Assembly (NCBI GenBank): GCA_012516125.1 | Contig: JAAYXB010000010.1 | Span: 15,984 to 79,983 of the forward strand | Length of the DNA stretch: 64,000 nucleotides | Direction: 5' to 3' | From: Bacillota bacterium | Lineage (GTDB): Bacteria > Bacillota > SHA-98 > UBA4971 | In this document: piece by piece, positions 48,373 to 58,384 of the stretch | Layout of the letters: the number at the start of each line of letters is the position of its first letter | Position numbering within the stretch: the stretch's first letter is position 1 | Notes under the pieces: generated by a model | The model's database searches: none | What the model saw: only the letters and a program-made list of their open reading frames with translations | Told to the model about the DNA's origin: nothing | Program-made: the position numbers and the translations under genes

Positions 48373-48418
48373 CGGGCTGCGCCACCAGTCTGCGTACCGC
48401 GCCGCCTGGCGTTGCCAG

Positions 48419-50044
48419 CTAAAGACAGCCCGATCGCTCCAGCACCCGCCGGAGCGCCCGCGTCGCCTCGCGTATCACTTCATTTTCGTCAAAGGCGAGG
48501 AGTTTCCTTCTATACATCAGGACGCGCCCGTCTACGATGGTCGTTTCCACATCAGACGCGGTCGCCTCGTACACCACGCGTGACACCACGTCCACACCCT
48601 CCGCGGGGACCGCGTGGGGTGCGTCAAGGTCAAGGATCACGATGTCCGCCCGCTTGCCCGGTTCGATGCTGCCGATCTCGTCCTCCAGGCCCATCGCTCG
48701 CGCCCCGCCGATCGTCGCCATCTCCAGCACCGTCGGAGCCGGCAGCGCAGTCGGCCCCAGACGCACCTTCTGGATGAGCGCGGCATGGCGCATTTCCTGG
48801 AACATGTCGAGGTTGTTGTTGCACGGCGCGCCGTCGGCACCCATGGACACGAACACGCCCATCTCGAGCATCTCCGGGACCTTCGCTATCCCCGAGGCCA
48901 GTTTGAGGTTGGACGACGGGCAGTGAACGACCTTCGTGCCGGAGTCGCGCAGGATCGCCATTTCCTCGTCGTCCAGCCATATGCAGTGGGCGAGGACGAG
49001 GTTCGGCCCGATGAGGCCCAGTTCGTGAAGGCATACGACGTTCCTCATACCCCTGTCCTGCTGCACGAGCTCAATCTCACCCCGGTTCTCAGAGGCGTGG
49101 GTGTGGACGAGCACCCCCGCCGCCCTCGCCATGTCGCGCACCCTCGCGAGGAGCCGGTCGGAGCACGATACCACAAACCTCGGCGCAAAGGCGTAGCGGA
49201 TCCTGCCGTCGTCGTGCATGTGCCACCGCTCGAGGAGGGCTTCACTTTCGCGGAGCGAGTCCTCAGTGGATTCCATGAGCGTCGCCGGCACGTCGGGTCC
49301 GTAGTCCATCATGACCTTCCCGGAGGCGGCGCGGATGCCTGACGAATCGATTGCCCAGAACGCGCTCTCGGTGTGGTGGACCGTCTCCATGTCGATGATG
49401 GACGTAGTCCCGCCGCGGATGAGCTCAGCTATCCCGAGCATCGCAGACCAATAAACACTCTCCTCGTCGTGGGCGCCCTCCAGCGGCCATATGCGCTTCT
49501 TCAGCCAGTCGAGGAGCTCGAGGTCGTCGGCCTGCCCCCGGAAAAGCGTTTGACAGAGGTGCACGTGTGCCTGGACGAACCCCGGCAGCACGACCTTGCC
49601 GGCGGCGTCTATGACCATGTCCACGTCATGCCTGTGGACGCCGACGGGAAGCTCGTGGACCTCCGCGCCCAACGCCGCGCCACAGCTGCCATTGTGGTCC
49701 ATGCCGGCCGAGTATGCGCCGATGTCTCCTTCCCCACCCGTACCCGAGTCCGCTCCTGTCCTGGCCCCCTCGGCTCCCGACAGGCTCGTGAGACTCGAGC
49801 AGCACCGCTCTCTTGACGACCTGAACCTTGAGCCTTCGTCCTCATCTCTTCGGCCGCCTGGTGAGGCCGGTCCTTTCCTGGTCCCTCCGAAGTCCTTTGA
49901 CCAGGGTCCCCGCGGCGATAGAGACCCAGGCCAGATCACCTGGGCTATCCTGCGCCCATCGATGAGGACATCGGCTCCCTCGAGCACCTCGCGCTTGCGG
50001 TTCATGGTCACAACGGTTCCCCCGCGGATGAGGATCTTCGCCAC
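48419..50044 (-). CDS. 5'-deoxyadenosine deaminase-like amidohydrolase with a long low-complexity insertion
   Basis: [48 protein letters not shown]. Confidence 0.88.
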   Translation of the reverse strand: MAKILIRGGTVVTMNRKREVLEGADVLIDGRRIAQVIWPGSLSPRGPWSKDFGGTRKGPASPGGRRDEDEGSRFRSSRERCCSSLTSLSGAEGARTGADSGTGGEGDIGAYSAGMDHNGSCGAALGAEVHELPVGVHRHDVDMVIDAAGKVVLPGFVQAHVHLCQTLFRGQADDLELLDWLKKRIWPLEGAHDEESVYWSAMLGIAELIRGGTTSIIDMETVHHTESAFWAIDSSGIRAASGKVMMDYGPDVPATLMESTEDSLRESEALLERWHMHDDGRIRYAFAPRFVVSCSDRLLARVRDMARAAGVLVHTHASENRGEIELVQQDRGMRNVVCLHELGLIGPNLVLAHCIWLDDEEMAILRDSGTKVVHCPSSNLKLASGIAKVPEMLEMGVFVSMGADGAPCNNNLDMFQEMRHAALIQKVRLGPTALPAPTVLEMATIGGARAMGLEDEIGSIEPGKRADIVILDLDAPHAVPAEGVDVVSRVVYEATASDVETTIVDGRVLMYRRKLLAFDENEVIREATRALRRVLERSGCL

Positions 50045-51883
50045 CTACGCCACTCCTTTCGCTTCTATTCCGAGCTCCTCCAGCTTCTCACGGGTGGGGA
50101 CGCCGTCCTTTGTCCAGCCGCGCCCGGAGTAGTACTCCGGGAGCATCTTCGCAAGGTCCACCGTCACGCCCTTCGCAGGCCCCTCGGGGAGGCCCTCCTG
50201 CAGGAAGCGCCTGGGAAGGGTGTCATCGCGCGGCGTCATGCCGCACCGCAGGTTGAACATCCTTTCTATGTTGACGATTCTCTCGCCTGCGGCGAGGAGA
50301 TCCGCCTCAGAGTACTCTCGCCCGACTGCGAAGGTCAGCAGGTCGGCGACGTCTTGGGGCATGATGGCGTAGGTCGCAAACGTACAGTACTTGCATATCT
50401 CCGCCGAGTCGCACACCGCGCCGTAGTTCTCGTGCCATATGACCATGCCGACCTTGCCGCTCTCGGTGTATGGGTTCACGCAATCAGGGGTCCCGAACCA
50501 GCGGATCCCCTCCTCCCTTGTTTTGCTTAGAAGCTCGAAGTTGGGGAGAGCCCGGAGGTGGTCGCCGCCCCGGCTCGCCACGGCCTCGCCGAGGGCGAAG
50601 CCCTTGCCCGTGCGCACATCGAACGCCGGAAGCTCGAGCCCCTTCACGTGAAGGGCAAACCCCTCGCTCCCGGGGATCTCGGCGGACATGGCCCGCACGC
50701 CCCTCGCGAGGAACTCGCCGATACCATCACGGTGGGCGATCTTATGCAGGCAGTCGAGGACAAACTCGGCGTCCCCCCACTCGTACTTCTCGTCGATAAG
50801 GCCGCGCTGTGAGCACTCCATAAGGAAGGCGATGCTCGTGCCGGCGGATATCGTGTCAAGCCCGTAGTCATTGGCGAGCTGGTTGGCTTTGAGGATTGCC
50901 GCAAGCGACCCCACGCCCACCCTGCTCCCCAGCGTGACCATGGTTTCGTATTCGGGGCCCATGTTCTCGCACTCATACGGCGGGGAGGTCACGCGGGCAT
51001 AGTTCTTGCAGTGCAGGATGCACGAGAAGCACGCCTTCGAGGCGAGCTTGTAGGTCTCCTGGTAGATGTGGCTCGAGATCTTTTCGTAGTGCTCGAAGAG
51101 GCCGAGCTGCCCGTTCCTCGTGGAAAGCCCGCCGCTCGCCTGGGCGATGTCGACGAGGATGAGCGTGCCGTACTCGGAGAAGTCCTGGTAGGTAGGGTCT
51201 GCCATGAGCTTCCTATGGCACTCGCGGACCTTCGCAAGGAACCTCTCGTCGTCGGCCACCGGGATGTCACTGGATCCGCGCACGGCAATGGCCTTGAGGT
51301 TCTTGGACCCCATGACCGCGCCCACGCCGGTGCGCCCGGCCGCGTTGTGGCCCGCAGCCATGATGTTCGCATAGGGAACCAGGTTCTCGCCGGCCTGGCC
51401 TATGGCAATGATCTTAATGTCTTTCCCGTGCGCCTCTTCAAGGAGCTTGATAGTATCGAATACGCCGTGTCCCCAGAGGTGCGACGCGTCACGCAACTCC
51501 ACGTGATCGTCATCGATGAAGAGATAGGTTGGCCCCTTTGCCCTGCCCCGGATGATCACGGCGTCGTAGCCTGCAAACCGCAGCTCAGGGCCAAAATGCC
51601 CGCCGGAGTTGGCGTCCCCGAGAAGTCCGGTCAGCGGGGACTTGCATCCGACCGTGAACCTGCCCGACGAGGGCGAAAGGGTCCCGTCGAGCGGACCTGT
51701 TGCAACGGTCAGGACGTTGTCGGGCGAGAGGGGATCCGTGTCGGCGTCCACCAGATCGTAGAGGACCTTCGACGTAAACCCGCGGCCCCCGAGGTAGCAC
51801 GACTTCCACTCCTCCGGTATCCTGGTTTTGCGTGTGCGACCCCCGGTAAGGTCCACCCAGAGCAGCCTATCCATGTATGACAC
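50045..51883 (-). CDS. aor: Aldehyde:ferredoxin oxidoreductase (W/Mo-bis-pterin AOR family)
   Basis: LGGRG, AAGRTGVGAVMGSKNLKAI, EYET, GLDTIS, D..C.C. Confidence 0.93.
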   Translation of the reverse strand: MSYMDRLLWVDLTGGRTRKTRIPEEWKSCYLGGRGFTSKVLYDLVDADTDPLSPDNVLTVATGPLDGTLSPSSGRFTVGCKSPLTGLLGDANSGGHFGPELRFAGYDAVIIRGRAKGPTYLFIDDDHVELRDASHLWGHGVFDTIKLLEEAHGKDIKIIAIGQAGENLVPYANIMAAGHNAAGRTGVGAVMGSKNLKAIAVRGSSDIPVADDERFLAKVRECHRKLMADPTYQDFSEYGTLILVDIAQASGGLSTRNGQLGLFEHYEKISSHIYQETYKLASKACFSCILHCKNYARVTSPPYECENMGPEYETMVTLGSRVGVGSLAAILKANQLANDYGLDTISAGTSIAFLMECSQRGLIDEKYEWGDAEFVLDCLHKIAHRDGIGEFLARGVRAMSAEIPGSEGFALHVKGLELPAFDVRTGKGFALGEAVASRGGDHLRALPNFELLSKTREEGIRWFGTPDCVNPYTESGKVGMVIWHENYGAVCDSAEICKYCTFATYAIMPQDVADLLTFAVGREYSEADLLAAGERIVNIERMFNLRCGMTPRDDTLPRRFLQEGLPEGPAKGVTVDLAKMLPEYYSGRGWTKDGVPTREKLEELGIEAKGVA

Positions 51884-51889
51884 CCACCG

Positions 51890-52324
51890 TCACCTCGCCT
51901 TCAGGGCCAGGGCCCCGGTGGTGCAGAACTTCACGCACATGGGGTCACCATGGCAGAGATCGCAGATGAGAAGGGTCTCGTCGAATATGCGTATCCCGCC
52001 GGACGCACACGCCGCGATGCAGTCGCCGCAGAGGTTGCAGGCGGCGTCGTCCACGAGAATCTCCCCGTCGTCCCAGGCGAGCGCCCCCCTCTTGCACGCC
52101 GCAATGCACGGATGGTCCTCGCAGTGGTTGCACACGCGGATCTCCTCGCGACACCCCTGCCGGAGCACCTGTATTCGCGCCCGTCTCGGGTTGAATGCGC
52201 CGAAGTGGGCGATGGAACAGGCAAGCTCACAGTTCCGGCACCCGCTACACTTCTCCGGGTTGAACGTCCGGATATCCCAGTTATTCCCCCGCGTCAGCAC
52301 GTCCACACTGGCGCTGGTCGCCAT
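51890..52324 (-). CDS. 4Fe-4S dicluster ferredoxin-like subunit
   Basis: CSGCRNCELAC, CNHC..PC..AC, CNLCGDC..AC, CDLC..CVKFC. Confidence 0.92.
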   Translation of the reverse strand: MATSASVDVLTRGNNWDIRTFNPEKCSGCRNCELACSIAHFGAFNPRRARIQVLRQGCREEIRVCNHCEDHPCIAACKRGALAWDDGEILVDDAACNLCGDCIAACASGGIRIFDETLLICDLCHGDPMCVKFCTTGALALKAR

Positions 52325-52325
52325 G

Positions 52326-54419
52326 TCAGCGTGCACCCCCTTCCGCCTGGCCTGTCGCGCCGGCTGTCCTCGCGGTTTTCGCCGCCCCCGCCACCGAGCC
52401 CGACCCCAGGCTTGCGCCCGGTTCCGCGCCCGCCTGCGCTCGCGCTTGCCCCTGCGCCTGCGCCGGAGCTTTAGCCTGAGCCAAAGCCTGAGCTTGAGCT
52501 GGAGCTTGAGCTTGAGCTTGAGCCGCAAGGCGCGTGGGGTCGTGCAGGAGCTCTCTTGCCCGCGGCCCGCCAGGCTCGCCGAGGAAGCGCCTGTATAGCT
52601 CCGCGACGGCCGGGTTTCGGCGGGGATGCCTCTCCCGGAGGGCCTCGTCGATAGCGCGGAGCGCCGCCCCCCGCGCCCGGGCAGGCTCGCCCGGGGTGTC
52701 CCGGTCCATAGCAATGGGCTGCCCGCCCCCACCGACGCACCCGCCGGGGCAGGCCATGACTTCCACGAAGTCGTAAGGCCGCCTGCCCGCTGCGACCTCC
52801 TCGAGTATGCGCCTTGCCGCCGCAAGCCCCTGGACCACCGCCACACGCAGGGTCCAGGCACCGAGGGTCACCGTGGCCTCGGCCACGCCGGGGCCAGGCG
52901 CCGCGCTCGCAATGCGCTGCGCGCACCCGTCACCGCCTTGCGGCCCTGAACCGGCATCAGCGTCCCGGGCTCCCCCGGCCCCCTCCGCCTCGAGCTTGAC
53001 GCCCAGCTCGTCCGCAAGCGCGCGCAGCGCCGCATCCATGACGCCGCCTGTGGTCCCGAATATCGTCCCCGCCCCGCTTGCATCTCCGAGAGGCGCATCA
53101 AACTCACTATCCTCGAGCGACTCGAAGTCCATTTCCACCGACTGGATCAGCCGGATGAGCTCGCGCGTGGTGAGCACGGCGTCAACGTCGCGCAGCGCTC
53201 TTCGTCTGCTAGCGTCTCCTGCGTCTCCGCTCTCAGGGGTCCCCGCCATGTGCTGACGCGACCCGCCCTCCCTCATGGCCTCGAACTTTTTCGCCGTGCA
53301 CGGCATCATGGACACGACGTACACGTCCTCCGGAGCCACCCCCTCGGTCTCGTGAAGGACTGCCCTGGCAGCAGCCCCCGCCATCATGTGAGGCGACTTG
53401 CACGTGGAAAGGTGGGCAGTAAGGCCGGGGTACTCGTTCTCGACGAACCTCACCCACGCCGGGCAGCACGATGTGAACATCGGCAGCCTCCCGCCCGCCT
53501 CCAGGCGTTCCTTGAGCTCGTGCGCCTCTTCCACAGCCACAAGGTCCGCCCCGAACGCCGTATCGAACACCCTATCAAATCCCAGCTTTCGCAGGGCGGC
53601 CACCATCCTCCTCGTGGATACCGTCCCCGAGGGCATGCCCCACGCCTCGGCGAAAGTGGCCCTGAGCGCGGGCGCCGTTTGGGCCACCGTGACGAGCCCG
53701 CGATCCGCAAGCGAGCGCCTCACCCTGACGAGCTGGGACTTCTCCGAGAGCGCCCCCGTGGGGCACGCCGCCACGCACTGCCCGCACTCAACGCACTGTG
53801 TGTCGGTGACCCTGTCCTCGAAGGCAAGCGAGCGGCACCGGGCCCACTCGTCGCCAAGGGTCGCCTGTGCGCCCCCCCGCTCGACGACGCCTCTAGCCTC
53901 CTCGACCTCAGCGGTCAGGGCCGCATAGGGAATCATGTCGTGCATCCTGCTGCATGCTGCAACGCACCTTCCGCACATGACGCACTTGTTCGGGTCGCGG
54001 ACTATCGCGAGCCCCGTCCTGTCCACCGCCAGCTTCCATCGTTTCACCGGAAGCCTGCGCGAGCGCACCCCAAGCTCGTCGCCAAGCCTCTTTAGCTCAC
54101 AGTACGCTCTCCGCTCGCACACGAGGCACTCCCCCGGGTGCTGGGCAAAGAGGAACGACACGACCTCGCGACGCTTTGCCATTACCCTGTCGGTGGCGGT
54201 ATGAACGATCATGCCCGGCTCCACGGTGTGGTCGCACGCGGTCACCAGGTCCCCCCTGCCCTCCACCTCGACCACGCACACCCCGCACGCGGCGCTATGC
54301 TCGAGCCACGGATGGTGGCACAGGGTCGGCACCCGCACCCCAGCGCGCCTCGCGGCCTCCAGGATGGTCGTCCCCTCAGGCACCCGACACGCCTGACCGT
54401 CCACCAAGATCTCCGGCAT
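52326..54419 (-). CDS. hydA: Group A [FeFe]-hydrogenase catalytic subunit (CpI-like accessory clusters)
   Basis: TSCCPAW, MPCTAKKFE, EVMACPGGCVGGGGQP; N-terminal 2Fe-2S, His-ligated and 2x4Fe-4S motifs; AQ-repeat tail. Confidence 0.88.
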   Translation of the reverse strand: MPEILVDGQACRVPEGTTILEAARRAGVRVPTLCHHPWLEHSAACGVCVVEVEGRGDLVTACDHTVEPGMIVHTATDRVMAKRREVVSFLFAQHPGECLVCERRAYCELKRLGDELGVRSRRLPVKRWKLAVDRTGLAIVRDPNKCVMCGRCVAACSRMHDMIPYAALTAEVEEARGVVERGGAQATLGDEWARCRSLAFEDRVTDTQCVECGQCVAACPTGALSEKSQLVRVRRSLADRGLVTVAQTAPALRATFAEAWGMPSGTVSTRRMVAALRKLGFDRVFDTAFGADLVAVEEAHELKERLEAGGRLPMFTSCCPAWVRFVENEYPGLTAHLSTCKSPHMMAGAAARAVLHETEGVAPEDVYVVSMMPCTAKKFEAMREGGSRQHMAGTPESGDAGDASRRRALRDVDAVLTTRELIRLIQSVEMDFESLEDSEFDAPLGDASGAGTIFGTTGGVMDAALRALADELGVKLEAEGAGGARDADAGSGPQGGDGCAQRIASAAPGPGVAEATVTLGAWTLRVAVVQGLAAARRILEEVAAGRRPYDFVEVMACPGGCVGGGGQPIAMDRDTPGEPARARGAALRAIDEALRERHPRRNPAVAELYRRFLGEPGGPRARELLHDPTRLAAQAQAQAPAQAQALAQAKAPAQAQGQARAQAGAEPGASLGSGSVAGAAKTARTAGATGQAEGGAR

Positions 54420-54577
54420 ATCCCTCACCTCCGGTTCTCGTTCTTGCCCTTGTCGTTTGCGCTCGGTTTCGACCCTTTCCAGCAGAACGCAGCTCGCAAT
54501 GGCTTGTGCGACGCAGCTGCTTCTCCGCTTGAGGTCTGCTTGCGCACGGATACCGCCCTATCGAGACCGCTCAGGGC

Positions 54578-54613
54578 GCAGTTCCATGCCACAACGCAGT
54601 TCCATCCCACAAT
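54578..54613. repeat. 18-bp direct repeat upstream of the hydrogenase gene
   Basis: GCAGTTCCATGCCACAAC GCAGTTCCATCCCACAAT. Confidence 0.65.
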
Positions 54614-54885
54614 AGCATAAAACCAGGAGGCTGCCTCAACTGGCCTGGGGCGCCGAGATCGAGCAAACGATCCCCGGACGCCCTCTCATAGCCAGGTTGG
54701 TTGCGGCCTCCTGGTAGAGACGCCTGAACCCACGATTATCAGGTCTATATGAGAGTGAGCCCTTAGCACCCTATGGTTCTTTTCTTATAAACATTCGGCG
54801 CAGCGTGCGACAATCCTTCCAACCGCGGTCACAGAGGCGGGTTCGCCGACCGTGAGCCATTGTCTCCGGGCAGCCACGCGCGCAC

Positions 54886-56277
54886 TTACCCGCGCGCGGC
54901 GCGGATCATGGCGTCAAGCTCGGGGATCATCGCCCGTTGCTTTACCCAGTATTCCTGCCTCTTCTGCGCGTTGAGCTCCTCAACGGTCTTGCCCTGCTGC
55001 TCAACCCAAGTGTAGTACTTGAGGTTATGCCACCGCTTCCGGTTCTCCACCGTCCCCTCAACGATGTGGTCGAGTTTGGCCGAAAGGAATATCGCCTCGT
55101 GGCGGCTCGCCGCCTTTACGCGGTCCATCTTGCCGTACGTGTCGGACAGGGCTTTCATCACCGACCTGTACCGGTCGATGGCGTCCGTGGCGACGGTGAC
55201 GATGTTGTCGTTAGGGCCGAACTCGTAGAACTTGGCGGTCTTGATCGCACCCAGGATGTTGCAGACGCCCGAGATCCCGATGATGCCGGACAGCGTCTCG
55301 ACCGCCGCCGCGTCGATCCCCACCTCGCCCGCGAGATACTCCATTCCGACAGGGTCGGTCAGGAGCTGGAGGCCCTTCTTACATTCCAGATCATCGATGC
55401 ACATCATGGCGTCCATGTTGTTGACATTGTGGATCCACGTAACGTGCTTGTCACCGATCCCCTGGATGTCGTGGGCACCGTACCCGTTGTACGAAAGCGT
55501 CGGGCACTGGACCGGCTCGAGGCCCACGATGCGCGTCTCATAAAACACCTCTTTGAGACGGTCCCCGGCAGCGATGGTCCCCGCGGAGCCCATCGCCGAG
55601 ACAAAGGCGGCCGTTCTCCCGTTTCCGATGCCTTTCTCCGCCAGCTCCCGCACGGCCTCGACTATGCTGTTGCCTGTCACATAGTAATGGAATCGGTAGT
55701 TCCCCATCTCCTCGAACTGGTTCAAGACGCGCACCCGCTCAGGGTCGGCCTTGACCAGTTCCTTGCACTTATCGTAGATCTCTTTGACGTTGCTCTCGCA
55801 TCCCGGGGTCGCGATGACCCGCGCCCCGTAGTACGCTATCTTCTCAAAGCGCTCCGCGCTCATCTGCTCCGGAAGGATGACCAGGGAGTCATATCCCATC
55901 CTCGGGCCGACCCAGGCCCCGCCGATTCCGTAGTTCCCTGTGGAGGGCCAGACCAGCGTGTGCTCGCCTGGGCGGATCTCGCCGCGAAGCTGCTTCTCGA
56001 TGGCCACGGAGTAGGTCGCGCCCACCTTGTGGCTGCCGGTGGGGAAATCCCTGCTGTACAGCAAAATGATGTTAGGCTCCACGCCCGTCAGCTCTCTCGG
56101 CACGAGGAAGTACCTTACTTTGTTGTCAAGCCCCTTCCACGTGATGTTGTACAGGTTGATGGGGTCGAGCACGTCCTCCTCAAGCGCCTTGACGGCTCTC
56201 TCCCTAACCGCCGGGTCTATGCGTTCAGGATGCAGCATCTCCTCGAATGTGGGGCCGTAGATCGGCTTACGCTTCAT
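54886..56277 (-). CDS. PLP-dependent enzyme (fold type II, cysteine/threonine synthase-like)
   Basis: GSHKVGA PLP lysine, STGNYGIG, GSAGT, HDIQGIG; ATG at 56277. Confidence 0.85.
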   Translation of the reverse strand: MKRKPIYGPTFEEMLHPERIDPAVRERAVKALEEDVLDPINLYNITWKGLDNKVRYFLVPRELTGVEPNIILLYSRDFPTGSHKVGATYSVAIEKQLRGEIRPGEHTLVWPSTGNYGIGGAWVGPRMGYDSLVILPEQMSAERFEKIAYYGARVIATPGCESNVKEIYDKCKELVKADPERVRVLNQFEEMGNYRFHYYVTGNSIVEAVRELAEKGIGNGRTAAFVSAMGSAGTIAAGDRLKEVFYETRIVGLEPVQCPTLSYNGYGAHDIQGIGDKHVTWIHNVNNMDAMMCIDDLECKKGLQLLTDPVGMEYLAGEVGIDAAAVETLSGIIGISGVCNILGAIKTAKFYEFGPNDNIVTVATDAIDRYRSVMKALSDTYGKMDRVKAASRHEAIFLSAKLDHIVEGTVENRKRWHNLKYYTWVEQQGKTVEELNAQKRQEYWVKQRAMIPELDAMIRAARG

Positions 56278-56314
56278 AAGTCTCTCACCTTTCTTTGCGA
56301 CGGTACAGGCAGCG

Positions 56315-56440
56315 CGAAGTGAGGGTGCGTTAGTTCTTGTCCCTTTTCCAGTAGTTGCCGGGTTGGCGGTGTTGCACTCTCTCTTTGCGTCGCCAGCAAC
56401 CCCTCCCAAAATACGGGAGCACCTTTGCACCCTCACTTAG
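56315..56440 (-). mobile_element. MITE, short form (126 bp); its end supplies the ssnA stop codon
   Basis: Minus strand TTC-TAA-GTGAGGGTGC...GCACCCTCACTTCG. Confidence 0.85.
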
Positions 56441-57765
56441 AACCTCTCCCACACCCGCCTCGCAAGCTCGCGCGAGCGGGCCGTGATCCTCTCTTCGTCG
56501 AGCCCCGTAAGCCTGCGGCCACGCATGAGCACACGCCCGGCCACCACCGTCGTATCTACCAGGCCGCCGCTCATCCCGAACAGGACGTGGCCGTAGTAGT
56601 TGGACGGGTCCACCGGCGTCGGCGGGCGGTAGTCCACGACTATGACGTCCCCTGCAGCCCCTGGCTCGAGCACGCCCAGCTTGCGCCCGAAAATGCGGCG
56701 GGCGATCTCCCTGTTGTTCTCGAATATCATGGCCGGCACCTCGGCCCACGCCGCGCTCGGGTTCCTCTCGGCAAGCTTGTGGAGCATGTTTGCGACCTTC
56801 ACCGACTCGAACATGTCGGCGGTGTAGCCGTCGGTCCCGAGGCCGACCCTCACGCCCTTGCTAATCATCCGCAGGACAGGCGCCACACCCACGGCGTTCC
56901 CCATGTTGGACTCGGGATTGTGCACCACGTTGACGTCGCGCTCGCGCAAGATGTCCATCTCGGCCTCGTTCACGTGAACGCAGTGAGCGGCGATGGTCTT
57001 TGGTCCGAGGATCCCGAAAGCATCGAGCCGCTCAACAACCCGCTTTCCCGACTTCGCCAGCGCGTCCTCCACGTCCTCCGGCCCCTCGGCCACATGGATG
57101 TGGAACCCCGCGTCGAGCCCCTCGGCGGCCTCGCGGCACTTCGCGAGCGTGGCGTCGGATAGCGTGATCTGGGCGTGAAGCCCGAACGACGCGGCGAGGC
57201 GATCGCCCCTCTCGCGCCTGCACCTTTCGATGAACCTCACGTTCTCGCGGATGCCCTGGTCCGCGATAGCCTCGCCATCCCTGTCGGAGACCTCGTACGC
57301 CAGGCACGCCCTGATGCCAGCTTCACCCACCGCGCGCGCTATCTCGTCGAGGCTGCCCGGAACCGCCATGGGGCTCGCGTGATGGTCTAGGATGGTCGTG
57401 GTCCCGCAACGGATGCAGTCGATGAGCGGAACGAGCGCGCTCACGTACACGTCCTCCGGCCCGAGGGCCTTATCCAGCCTCCACCACAGACGTTCCAGGA
57501 TCTGCACGAACGTTCGTGGCGGCGGGTCCTTGAGCGCCATGCCCCGCGCGAACGTGCTATAGAGATGCATATGGGTGTTTATCATGCCGGGCATGATGAC
57601 GCGGCCCCCGGCATCGATGAACTCGGCGTCCGGATGGCGCCCTCTCACCTCGTCTGCGGCCCCCACCTCGCGGATGACGCCGTCCGCAATGGCGACGGCG
57701 CCGTCGTCCAGGACCCGCGCTTCGGCGTCAAGGGTGATGAGGCGGCCTCCCCCGATGATGAGCAT
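56437..57765 (-). CDS. ssnA: SsnA-type amidohydrolase
   Basis: HMHLYSTFARG, GTTTILDHHASP, FHIHVAEG, HNPESNMGNAVG, LGTDG. Confidence 0.9.
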   Translation of the reverse strand: MLIIGGGRLITLDAEARVLDDGAVAIADGVIREVGAADEVRGRHPDAEFIDAGGRVIMPGMINTHMHLYSTFARGMALKDPPPRTFVQILERLWWRLDKALGPEDVYVSALVPLIDCIRCGTTTILDHHASPMAVPGSLDEIARAVGEAGIRACLAYEVSDRDGEAIADQGIRENVRFIERCRRERGDRLAASFGLHAQITLSDATLAKCREAAEGLDAGFHIHVAEGPEDVEDALAKSGKRVVERLDAFGILGPKTIAAHCVHVNEAEMDILRERDVNVVHNPESNMGNAVGVAPVLRMISKGVRVGLGTDGYTADMFESVKVANMLHKLAERNPSAAWAEVPAMIFENNREIARRIFGRKLGVLEPGAAGDVIVVDYRPPTPVDPSNYYGHVLFGMSGGLVDTTVVAGRVLMRGRRLTGLDEERITARSRELARRVWERF

Positions 57766-57790
57766 TGCACTCTGCCCCCTTCCAGTGCCT

Positions 57791-58384
57791 TCAATCCGCT
57801 GAATTCCTCGAGTGAATCTCTCGACGGGACGCCTCCGACACAACAGGTGCCCCGGGCGGTTCGGATGTTCCAGCTCCGGACGCCACCGGACCCCATGCCT
57901 TCATCGTCCTCGCCGCATCCTCGATGGCGGATATGATCTGATGATATCCCGTGCACCTGCAAAGGTTCCCGGAGATGGCGCGGGTGATGTCCTCCCTCGT
58001 GGGATTGGGATTCTCGCGGAGAAGCGCCGCGGCCGACATAAGCATGCCCGGTGTGCAAAACCCGCACTGCACCGCGGTGTGCTCGATGAACGCCTCTTGG
58101 AGCGGGTGAAGCCGGCCGTCTTTCGCGAGGCCCTCCACAGTCTCCACCTCCCGCCCCTCCACCTGAAGCGCCGGGACGAGGCAGGAGTTCACGGGCTTTC
58201 CGTCGAGGAGCACGGTGCATGCGCCGCACTCGCCGATGCCACACCCTTCCTTCGTGCCGGTGAGCCTGAGGCCCTCCCGCAGCACGTCTATGAGCCTATC
58301 CTCAGCCGAAACGTCAACCTCGACCGCCCCTCCGTTCACCTTGAACGATATCGTCGTCCTGGCCCCTGGCCCGACTTCTCTCAC
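57791..58384 (-). CDS. Mo-hydroxylase 2Fe-2S subunit (XdhC/CoxS-like)
   Basis: GTKEGCGIGECGACTV, QCGFCTPG, GNLCRCTGY. Confidence 0.95.
   Translation of the reverse strand: MREVGPGARTTISFKVNGGAVEVDVSAEDRLIDVLREGLRLTGTKEGCGIGECGACTVLLDGKPVNSCLVPALQVEGREVETVEGLAKDGRLHPLQEAFIEHTAVQCGFCTPGMLMSAAALLRENPNPTREDITRAISGNLCRCTGYHQIISAIEDAARTMKAWGPVASGAGTSEPPGAPVVSEASRREIHSRNSAD

Noticed and set aside
54430-54885. Sigma54 promoter for hydA (TGGCATGGAACTGCG)
   Set aside because: GG-to-GC spacing is 9 nt rather than the required 10.
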